A DNA stretch of 64,000 bases from an uncultured bacterium (GTDB lineage: Bacteria > Electryoneota > AABM5-125-24 > Hatepunaeales > Hatepunaeaceae). The position numbers and the translations under genes are program-made. Position 1 is the stretch's first letter. Each line of letters starts with the position of its first letter. Of the stretch, positions 46,842-55,093 are shown one piece after another. The notes beneath the pieces were generated by a model. It was not told the DNA's origin and made no database searches. It saw only the letters and a list, made by a program, of their open reading frames with translations. The stretch is from assembly GCA_964387885.1 (NCBI GenBank), contig CAYLYZ010000016.1, forward strand, positions 3,352 through 67,351, in the 5' to 3' direction.

Positions 46842-48140
46842 TTAAGCGTTAGCTTGAATCCACTTTGTGGAAACTGACTTCGGACGGGTAAGTGCTGTAC
46901 CCATGGCGCGATTAACGATTAATTGTGACAGCATACCCATTGCGCGGGAAACACTGAACAGAACCGTGTAATACGGGAATTCGGTGAGACCATAATGATA
47001 AAGAAGTGCACCTGAGCCTGCGTCGACGTTTGGCCAGAAGTTTGCGATCGGGTTCTTACCCTTTGCAACGCGTTCGGCTGAGAACTCTTCCAATACCTTA
47101 GGAACGACAGTAAAGATTGTGTCAACACACTTGAATACCGGATCGTTCGGCAGATATTTGTGGCCGAATTCATTGAAACCTGTGAACCGTGGGTCAGTTA
47201 CACGCAGGACGGCATGACCGTAACCCGGGACAACCTTACCGGCACGCAGTGTTTCAAATGCGAAATCACGCATCTGATCAGGTGTCGGAACACCGTCAAA
47301 TTTGTCCATAAGCTCAAGAACCCATCCCAAGCATTCCTGATTTGCAAGACCGTGCAGAGGACCGGCAAGACCGTTCAGGCCAGCTGATACTGCATAGTAT
47401 GCGTCAGACAGTGCTGAACCGACTGTGTGGCATGTGTTGGCTGAAACGTTTCCGCCTTCATGGTCACAATGGAAGTTCAAGTACAGGCGCATTAACTTGG
47501 CAAAGTCACCTGTGGGATCTGGTAAACCGAGCATACGGGCGTAGTTTGCACCCCAGTCGAGTGTTGGCAGATAATCAATGGGTTCACCCTTTCCGTAGCG
47601 AATGCGGTAGACACCGGCAGCGATTCCGGGAAGCACGCCGAGAATACGCAGTGCATCTTCCATCATTGGAATCCAGTATTCGGCTTTGGTCATACCCTTA
47701 TCGTACCATGCGCGGAACGCTGATTCTTTTTCCATGCAAAGAATGGCAGTGTTGAGCATGCACATTGGGTGCGAGTCCGCTGGCATTGATTCAAGAACGT
47801 CCCATACATAATCGGGAATATGTGACCGTGCCGCGAGGTCGAGTTGCAGTGCTGCAGTTTCTTCCTTGGTCGGTTTTTCACCTGTAACCAACAGATAGAA
47901 AATCTCTTCCGGCCAGAGTTCTTTCAATGTGAGCAGGGGATGTTCGCGGATGATCAGACCTTTGTCGGGTTCGACGACTGAGGTGTCACAGATCATGCCT
48001 TTAATACCACGCATACCACCATAAGCTTGCTTTACGGTGACATCAGCAATTTTGTTGTTGCCTTTTTCTTTTGCAAGAATTCCAAGTTCCTTACGTAGTT
48101 CAGGAACTTGAGCGGCAAATCTTTCTTGTAATGTTGCCAT
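46842..48140 (-). CDS. gltA: citrate synthase, eukaryote-like type
   Basis: YGGMRGIKG, HCDHEGGNVSANT, GLAGPLHGLANQE, VVPGYGHAVLR and WPNVDA align along the whole length with mitochondrial citrate synthase as I remember it. Confidence 0.9.
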   Translation of the reverse strand: MATLQERFAAQVPELRKELGILAKEKGNNKIADVTVKQAYGGMRGIKGMICDTSVVEPDKGLIIREHPLLTLKELWPEEIFYLLVTGEKPTKEETAALQLDLAARSHIPDYVWDVLESMPADSHPMCMLNTAILCMEKESAFRAWYDKGMTKAEYWIPMMEDALRILGVLPGIAAGVYRIRYGKGEPIDYLPTLDWGANYARMLGLPDPTGDFAKLMRLYLNFHCDHEGGNVSANTCHTVGSALSDAYYAVSAGLNGLAGPLHGLANQECLGWVLELMDKFDGVPTPDQMRDFAFETLRAGKVVPGYGHAVLRVTDPRFTGFNEFGHKYLPNDPVFKCVDTIFTVVPKVLEEFSAERVAKGKNPIANFWPNVDAGSGALLYHYGLTEFPYYTVLFSVSRAMGMLSQLIVNRAMGTALTRPKSVSTKWIQANA

Positions 48141-48672
48141 TAGTTTGACTCCTTAAGATTATATTCATCAACCAAGATTATGAACCTTAGGCTGTTACTG
48201 GGGAAAACAACATCAGGATTAAATGATATCACAGAGTTTTCCACAGTTAAGACCTCTTACCTTTTTACTCCAAGTATATTATAATAGAACTATTTGAATT
48301 GAAAGTCAAGAGCGAGTACGAGAAAAATTTCACATCAGCTCCGGTTATTGCTCAGTAACGGTTTTTTAGTGACTGAATAGAAGTTAAGAAATTTCAATTC
48401 TGATCCATGTGGTTGGGTCTATGTGTCAATCCTGGATGGTTCAAATTTTTTTTAGATATGTCTCTGACATTCAATCTGAAGCTCTTCATTAGGTGTGGAC
48501 TGAACAGAGACCTGCTAATTAATTATCCGAATTGCGTTATTGGTTAGTTTAAGTAAAATGAAGAGAATAAAACTCAAGACGTTTAATATTTATGGATTCC
48601 CAATCGAGTTGGGAATGAGGAGTCGAGTTAATGAGCAGTTCAAGTTGTTGAAGCGTTTGGAGAGAATTAATA

Positions 48673-49491
48673 TCACTGATTTTTCAGGAAGAGTTTTCCT
48701 TCACGTCTACCAACGGCTTCCATCTTGCGGAGAATCACAATTGAGGTATATACAAATACAACTCCCATTGCTAAAAGAGTTATCAACTCGGTTTTGGGTG
48801 TAAACAATGCGGTATAGTATGCTCCGAACATCGTCTGTCGTAACGCATCAAGACCTAAAGAGACGGGGATTAATGCTGCTGCAGCCGTAGCGACCATAAC
48901 ACCAAGTTGCCTCACCGGAAAATAGAATCCGCCGAGGAAGAATACAGGCTCCATCATCACCTGCATACCGTAGAATATTCCACGTCCCGCAATGAAAAAC
49001 AGGGAGCTCATCATCATGCCAAGACCGTAGAGTGCGAGCAACGTAGCGAGTGAAACAGCCCAAGCCATCAATGGTTCAGTGATATTAAACTGAATCCCAA
49101 AAAGAAATCGGCTGGCAACATAAATCATTATCGCCCTGGTACTTGTCATGACAATACCACCGAGAGCCATTCCTAACAGGAGAGCCGGTCTCGATAACGG
49201 AGCTGCCAGATACAGCGCCAGATTCCCCATCTCCTTTTCCCAGAAGAACTGCATCCCCATAGACCACAGCATGTGCATCCAGAATGTGACAACTATACCT
49301 CCGAGGACTACAAAACCTGTGTATTCGGGTGGTGCATTCATCGCCCGGTAAACATACACATAAGCAGCTACGGAGAGAAATGGGAGGAGGGTGTCTCCAA
49401 TTACCCAGGATAATTCGCGTTGAGCACCAATCACGCGTACATAGGCTCGTGCAACTGCCACCTTTATGAAATAGCGAACTCCGGTGATCAT
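48673..49491 (-). CDS. ABC-2 type transporter permease
   Basis: 272 aa with six TM helices. 4-nt overlap with the upstream ATPase gene. Confidence 0.8.
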   Translation of the reverse strand: MITGVRYFIKVAVARAYVRVIGAQRELSWVIGDTLLPFLSVAAYVYVYRAMNAPPEYTGFVVLGGIVVTFWMHMLWSMGMQFFWEKEMGNLALYLAAPLSRPALLLGMALGGIVMTSTRAIMIYVASRFLFGIQFNITEPLMAWAVSLATLLALYGLGMMMSSLFFIAGRGIFYGMQVMMEPVFFLGGFYFPVRQLGVMVATAAAALIPVSLGLDALRQTMFGAYYTALFTPKTELITLLAMGVVFVYTSIVILRKMEAVGRREGKLFLKNQ

Positions 49492-50513
49492 TTACCTGCT
49501 TCTTGAGTAACGGCAGAGGTTTCGGTCAATCTACGTCCTGTCATTTTAATAAAAACGTCTTCAAGTGTCGGTTCTGATGTTCGCAAATCCAATAGAAGCC
49601 TGCCGTCGGAGGTAATTTCATTTATGAATTTACCTGATGCATCTGCGCTGTCAAGTAATGCTCTGATACTGGTTACCTTTTCGGAAGGATCTGGTGTAGC
49701 AACAAGTTTTACAATTCCCTCAAAACTATGCCAGTGTTCAGGAACCGGTTCATCACCTGAGATTGTCAGCTCAAGCGCGGTCTCCTTCTGTACCATTTTT
49801 TTCAGAGCTGCAGGACTATCGCAACCCTGAATTGTACCCTGATCGACAATTGCAACACGGTCGCAGAGTTCATCAGCTTCAGCCATGTAATGTGTGGTTA
49901 AGAGAATTGTGCTGTCCGGATTTTCCTCCTGCCAGTTGGTGATAAAGTCCCGAATCTCACGAGCAGCATTCACATCCATACCAACTGTGGGTTCGTCAAG
50001 AAACATGACCTTTGGAGCGGTCACGAATCCACGAGCGAAGTTAACCCTTTGACGCATTCCGGTTGAAAGTTTGTTAACCTTAACACCTTTAAACTTGTCC
50101 AAGCCAACAACATGAAGCATTTTCTCAACACGAGGTTTCGCGATCTTCCAGGGAATGCCGTACAATTCAGTAAACAGACGCAGGTTTTCAGTAGCTGTAA
50201 GGATGCCATAACCACAGGTTTCACCACCTGAAACGGTATTGATGATCGGACGTACCCTTTTCAGGTCATTAATTGCATCAATTCCGTTAATATATGCTTC
50301 ACCACTGCTTGGAGACAACAAAGTACTAAGTATCCGGATCAAAGTGGTCTTCCCTGCTCCATTGGGTCCGAGCAGACCGAACAACTCACCGGGCTTCACC
50401 TGCAGATTGACATCATCAAGCGCGACAAGAATCCGACCGGCATCCTTTCGAGCCATGCGGTCGACTTTGAATGTACGGCTGATTTTAATTGTCTCTATGC
50501 TGTATTCGAACAT
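49488..50513 (-). CDS. ABC transporter ATP-binding protein (DrrA/CcmA-like)
   Basis: Walker A is GPNGAGKTT. Signature is LSTGMRQR. Walker B is VMFLDEPTVGMD. H-loop is TTHYM. Confidence 0.9.
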   Translation of the reverse strand: MFEYSIETIKISRTFKVDRMARKDAGRILVALDDVNLQVKPGELFGLLGPNGAGKTTLIRILSTLLSPSSGEAYINGIDAINDLKRVRPIINTVSGGETCGYGILTATENLRLFTELYGIPWKIAKPRVEKMLHVVGLDKFKGVKVNKLSTGMRQRVNFARGFVTAPKVMFLDEPTVGMDVNAAREIRDFITNWQEENPDSTILLTTHYMAEADELCDRVAIVDQGTIQGCDSPAALKKMVQKETALELTISGDEPVPEHWHSFEGIVKLVATPDPSEKVTSIRALLDSADASGKFINEITSDGRLLLDLRTSEPTLEDVFIKMTGRRLTETSAVTQEAGK

Positions 50514-50576
50514 GTTATGGTTTTATGGTGCCGGGTTGTTAAATAAATTGAATAATCTAAATCTTTGTTTCGCCTT

Positions 50577-50690
50577 GTAGGGTTGAATATTTTCAACCCT
50601 TGCGTTTATCTGACGAGTACCACGAGATCAATGGTGACAATCGAATTTATCTCAAGAAGGTGAGAAGGGCTGAAAATATTCAGCCCCTAC
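50577..50690. repeat. inverted REP doublet (REPIN-like)
   Basis: GTAGGGTTGAATATTTTCAACCC (50577-50600) faces GGGCTGAAAATATTCAGCCCCTAC (50667-50690). Confidence 0.7.
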
Positions 50691-50784
50691 ACACATTTAC
50701 TCAAACATAACTCGTTTCTCCAGGTTACGGGCTAAAGCCCTTGAAACCTGGCAGAAACAATTTGAATCCGTCTACTGACGGATT

Positions 50785-50808
50785 GTCGAACAGGAATGTT
50801 CGACCTAC
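50785..50808 (-). repeat. GTAGG-head REP (GTCGAAC variant)
   Basis: Plus strand GTCGAACAGGAATGTTCGACCTAC. Confidence 0.65.
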
Positions 50809-50824
50809 CGGGGTTTAATGTAAC

Positions 50825-52153
50825 CTAAAGACTCCCAACCACATCCGAAATAACACCGGCAGCCTTATCAATTTCCTGTGTATTAATCGTCAAAGCCGGT
50901 CTGAACCTGATTGAGTTAGTACCGCATGCAAGAACCAGCACACCATTATCGAATGCTTTGTTGCGCAGTTCATCACGTTTATCGGGAGTAATTACATCAA
51001 ACGCACACATCAAACCACGACCACGAGCATTTGATATGATACCTGTAAATTTATCCTGGATTTTCTGCAGTTCTCCGAGCATGTACTTACCCATCTCAGC
51101 AGCATTGTCGACGAGTTTATCTTCTTCCATGATCTCGAGATAACGCTGACAGCGAACCATGTCGATCAGATTGCCACCCCAAGTCGAGTTGATTCTTCCG
51201 GAAGTATTAAACACATTTTCATCAACTTCGTCAATCCTGTTACTGGCGAGGAATCCGCAAACCTGAGCTTTTTTACCAAAGCACATCATATCCGGTTTCA
51301 AGTCGTGGTGTTCAAACGCCCACATTTTACCGGTCAGTCCCATACCGGTCTGGATTTCATCAACGATAAACATTATATCGTTTTCATTGCACAATGACTG
51401 CAGCTCGGCCAGGAACTCAGTGCGGAAGTGATTGTCACCACCCTCACCCTGGATCGGTTCGATGATGAAAGCTGCAAGTGAATTTCCGTGAGTTAGGATT
51501 GCATGTTTGAACTGTTCGATGGCGAGTCTTTCACGGGCAAGCAATTCCACATGATTTTTCCCCTCGTCCGGGAATTTGATCATCGCATTTTCTATCCGTG
51601 GCCAATCGAATTTCGGGAAGAGCTCGGTTTTTCCGCGTTCGGTATTGGTAATTGACATTGTGTAACCGGATCGACCGTGGAAGGCACGTTTGAAGTGCAG
51701 CACTTTCAGGTCGAGCTGCCGAGTCTCCCCTATCATCAGGTTCTTCTTTGCTTTCCAGTCGAAAGAAGCTTTCAGGGCGTTCTCAACCGCCAGCGCACCA
51801 CCTGCGATCATGAACAGATGCGACATGTATGATGGTGCAGCCTTCTTAAAGAAGGTCTTAACGAACTCAGCCTTAAGATCCGTAAACAGATCTGAGCTCG
51901 TGACATTATTAATCCCCGCAATCTGCAGGCGGTTAAGTGTACTCCGATCCTTCAGTTTCGGATGATTAAATCCAACCGGATTCGAGGCAAAACATGTATA
52001 AAAATCGAGTAAGTCGCGACCGCTGAGCGCATCATGCATAAACGATCCATGACTCTTCTCCATATCCAGCACAAATTCAAAGCCGTCTCCGATCAGATGT
52101 TCCCTGATTGTTGGGATGACAGATTCGGGGCTGATGTTACTCTTGTATGGCAT
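50825..52153 (-). CDS. class-III aminotransferase, L-lysine 6-transaminase-like
   Basis: AAGGAG RBS before the ATG at 52153. PLP-fold motifs AFHGRSGYT, IIEPIQGEGG, IVDEIQTGMGLTG and FGKKAQVCG (Lys). Confidence 0.75.
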   Translation of the reverse strand: MPYKSNISPESVIPTIREHLIGDGFEFVLDMEKSHGSFMHDALSGRDLLDFYTCFASNPVGFNHPKLKDRSTLNRLQIAGINNVTSSDLFTDLKAEFVKTFFKKAAPSYMSHLFMIAGGALAVENALKASFDWKAKKNLMIGETRQLDLKVLHFKRAFHGRSGYTMSITNTERGKTELFPKFDWPRIENAMIKFPDEGKNHVELLARERLAIEQFKHAILTHGNSLAAFIIEPIQGEGGDNHFRTEFLAELQSLCNENDIMFIVDEIQTGMGLTGKMWAFEHHDLKPDMMCFGKKAQVCGFLASNRIDEVDENVFNTSGRINSTWGGNLIDMVRCQRYLEIMEEDKLVDNAAEMGKYMLGELQKIQDKFTGIISNARGRGLMCAFDVITPDKRDELRNKAFDNGVLVLACGTNSIRFRPALTINTQEIDKAAGVISDVVGSL

Positions 52154-52331
52154 TGTGACTCCTTTTATCTCTTGGTGTATTAATATTCTCTTCAAGAATT
52201 ATGTGGAAGTTAGTTGAAATTTTTCTTCTATAAAAGCCCGAATTTCCACAAGTAATAATATCGGTAAATTGTGGTGTGGTTTGCAAGGGGTTTCAGACGT
52301 GGTTTAATTATCAAAGAATAATTCGTATATC

Positions 52332-52355
52332 GTAGGGGCGAATAATCATTCGCCC
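52332..52355 (+). repeat. RAYT-associated REP
   Basis: GTAGGGGCGAATAATCATTCGCCC. Confidence 0.8.
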
Positions 52356-52364
52356 TTTTCCCTA

Positions 52365-52571
52365 TTAAACAAAATAAATATCATCTTTCCATTTCAATGC
52401 ATTGAATTGTATGTATTCTGATTTCTCAATAAAGAATTTCTCATCACGAATGACATGTTCATAATAATTTCGCTGCCAAACATTTCGAATATTTGTATTT
52501 TCATGGAACCATTTGGTTACTCCAATTTTGAATCCGCGGACAATTGAACCGATGGTTTTTGAGGTTCCCAT
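52365..52571 (-). pseudogene. C-terminal fragment of a second RAYT copy
   Basis: The 68 aa are about 80 percent identical by eye to the C-terminal half of 52619..53128 (TIGSIVRGFKIGVTKWF...WQRNYYEH). It lacks the HUH half and begins next to REP 52586-52609. Confidence 0.75.
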
Positions 52572-52585
52572 AGAACGTTTTCTTC

Positions 52586-52609
52586 GTAGGGGTGAATAAT
52601 TATTCGCCC
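52586..52609 (+). repeat. RAYT-associated REP
   Basis: GTAGGGGTGAATAATTATTCGCCC, 254 bp from the previous copy. Confidence 0.8.
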
Positions 52610-52618
52610 TTTTCCATC

Positions 52619-53128
52619 TTAAACAAAATATCTATCATCTTTCCAATTCAAGGCATTGAATTGAATATATTCTGATTTCTCAATAAAGGATTTCTCACTA
52701 CGAATGATATGCTCATAATAATTTCGCTGCCAAACCGCTTGAATTTGTGAATGCACACGAAACCATTTTGTTACACCAATTTTGAATCCACGGATGATAG
52801 AACCGATTGTTCTTGAGGTTCCGTGTGGGCATTGTGAGGGCGAATGATTATTCGCCCCTACAACAATTTCAATGATAAAATGTATATGATTTGGCATGAC
52901 AATATATTGATGTAATTTTGTTTGTGGGAAGTGATCAGGGATTGCTAATATGCACTTCTCAGCAATTTGTCCAGATTTATTCAGGATCATTTCATCATTT
53001 TTAATTTTCCCGAACAAGCATAATTTATTATTTGTGCATATTGTGATAAAATAAAATCCCTGTTGTGAATAATCAAAATCTTTTAACCGAATTGACCGAC
53101 GATGATGTTTATCAGGACAGTATTTCAT
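52619..53128 (-). mobile_element. REP-associated tyrosine transposase (RAYT; IS200/IS605 Y1 HUH family)
   Basis: HUH motif MPNHIHFII and Tyr region WQRNYYEHIIR. 169 aa. Flanked by REPs at 52586 and 53172/53278, with one REP inside the ORF (52838-52861). Confidence 0.85.
52838..52861 (-). repeat. REP copy embedded in-frame inside the RAYT ORF
   Basis: Plus strand GGGCGAATGATTATTCGCCCCTAC. The minus strand reads GTA GGG GCG AAT AAT CAT TCG CCC, which is V G A N N H S P of the RAYT. Confidence 0.8.
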
Positions 53129-53171
53129 CTATTCGCCCATTGTTTTGATTAACATAAAACCAATGTTGCTT

Positions 53172-53301
53172 GTAGGGGCGAATAATCATCCGCCCATTTC
53201 AAAATCCAAATATACCTGGTATGCAAAATAATCACCATTCTTCCACCCATAATGGAAACTATGTTTTGCGTTGGGAAGGGCGAATGATTATTCGCCCCTA
53301 C
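53172..53301. repeat. inverted REP doublet (REPIN-like) upstream of the RAYT
   Basis: GTAGGGGCGAATAATCATCCGCCC (53172-53195) faces GGGCGAATGATTATTCGCCCCTAC (53278-53301). Confidence 0.8.
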
Positions 53302-53316
53302 TTCTCAACAAACCGG

Positions 53317-54867
53317 CTATCTCACACAAACGACCTTCCGAAATATCTGTCTCTCACTATTGGAAAGAGCCAGAAAATATACCCCGGACTTGTCACTATG
53401 CCATGCAAGGCTATGCCTGCCCTTTGACAATTGCTTTTCAATTAGAGTATCCACAAGTCGTCCCCGTATATCGTAAACGGATAGATTTATTTTCCCGTCC
53501 TGCGGAAGTTCATAAATAATGTTGATAGAATTATTAAACGGATTTGGACTACCATTCAGTGAGAGTGTATATTCCTGCGGTACCAGTTCATCTGGTGCAT
53601 CAACTCTCCAATCACGATTTCCGGCGAAAACAACTAATTCGTATTCTCTACCTCTGCCGCGAGCAATGAAGTCATCTATATCATCTCCGTTATAATCTCC
53701 GACACCCCCAATCATGGTGCCTAAGGGGAAAAACTCACCATTGTACTCACTTTCAGAATCAATATAAATATCAGCCTCTTCATCCATCCACTGTGAACCA
53801 AAATGAATGTGAACCTCTCCCATGACGGGACCACTCACAACCGACATCCCTGCGGCAATATCACCAATACCGTCACCATTAAAATCACCTCCACATAGTT
53901 CCCCTTCACCTTGCCATAATCGACGATGCCCCTCGAGCTCGAGATCGGGCAACATATCAGGCTCATCACTCCCGAAGAATATCATAAAACCATCATCCAT
54001 CCGCATGCCTTCTGTTTCAGTATAATACAAACCCCAATCATCATAACCGTCATCGTTTAGGTCTTGAAGCATTGAGTAGCCATTTCTGATATCTCGAGTG
54101 CTCACCCTTCCCTCGAAATGGTCTAATTCAAAACTATAAAAGCAATTAGTGTCTGGTGGATCTCCACCAAGATACAAAGTATATCGATTGTGTCTTAGAA
54201 TTAAATCGTCACAACCATCATTATTGAGATCTCCTCCAGTGATCCACGAAATACCACTACCAAAATATGAAACTTCCCAATCCGGGATTGTATCAAATTC
54301 TGCCCCACCATAATAAACTTGGAATCTGTTGTGATAGTTTTCAATAATTATTGAAGTTAAAATATCACCAGCACCATCTCCATTAAAATCGAAAGATTTG
54401 GAACTCCGTGCAATGCTCGAGATAAAATCATTATTAAGAATATACTCTGGAATTTGATCAAGAGAGTCACCTCCCTCATACATTACGGTATGGATTTCTA
54501 TAGGTTCTGCTAAAACTACGGCTAATAATCCAACAAAAGGTTCACGATTGGGAATTAGATTTCTAATATTCAACATCTCGTGACGTGTGATAACTTCATG
54601 TTCCCCTTCAAATAAACCTGCCACATCAAATTGATATCCTATTTCTAATCCCATATTTTCACCACCAAAATATAGGTCAATAATATTTTCCTGGCTGTGC
54701 ATCATAATTTCGTCACAACCGTCCCCATTGTGATCACCTATGTTACAGAAATCGTAATGGTAAACTCCACCGTTGTGGATTCTTCCGATGACCTCCGGTA
54801 GAGCATAATCCTGTGCAGTAGCCGACATAGATAGAAGAAGCAACGATACTAAATATTTAATTTTCAT
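53317..54867 (-). CDS. FG-GAP/VCBS-repeat secreted protein with T9SS C-terminal domain
   Basis: Signal peptide. Repeated D.NGDG.DD motifs (GDHNGDGCDE, FNGDGAGD, LNNDGCDD, FNGDGIGD, YNGDDIDD). C-terminus SPNPFNNSINIIYEL...GVYFLAL. Confidence 0.7.
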   Translation of the reverse strand: MKIKYLVSLLLLSMSATAQDYALPEVIGRIHNGGVYHYDFCNIGDHNGDGCDEIMMHSQENIIDLYFGGENMGLEIGYQFDVAGLFEGEHEVITRHEMLNIRNLIPNREPFVGLLAVVLAEPIEIHTVMYEGGDSLDQIPEYILNNDFISSIARSSKSFDFNGDGAGDILTSIIIENYHNRFQVYYGGAEFDTIPDWEVSYFGSGISWITGGDLNNDGCDDLILRHNRYTLYLGGDPPDTNCFYSFELDHFEGRVSTRDIRNGYSMLQDLNDDGYDDWGLYYTETEGMRMDDGFMIFFGSDEPDMLPDLELEGHRRLWQGEGELCGGDFNGDGIGDIAAGMSVVSGPVMGEVHIHFGSQWMDEEADIYIDSESEYNGEFFPLGTMIGGVGDYNGDDIDDFIARGRGREYELVVFAGNRDWRVDAPDELVPQEYTLSLNGSPNPFNNSINIIYELPQDGKINLSVYDIRGRLVDTLIEKQLSKGRHSLAWHSDKSGVYFLALSNSERQIFRKVVCVR

Positions 54868-55093
54868 GATATTGCCTATTTAAAACAAAACACCCCACCA
54901 AAGCACTATGCCAAGTAGGGCAAACAGAGATATCCTGATCCGCTCGGAAATCGAGATGTCCTTCAGTCAGTTGACGAAATAAATCATACAAATAAAGAAT
55001 TTCCATTAATCAAATCCGCGACAAGAATAGAATTAATAACTAAAAATATATTGCCAATTCTACTTCAATAATTTACTGTACCCAGTTACAACA

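Noticed and set aside
52332-52861. Regularly spaced identical 24-nt palindromes (52332, 52586, 52838; about 254-bp period) that superficially resemble a CRISPR-like array.
   Set aside because: The period is far too long, and the 'spacers' are duplicated RAYT coding sequence. No cas genes are present, and the repeat is a GTAG-headed REP. No true CRISPR array was seen anywhere in the window.
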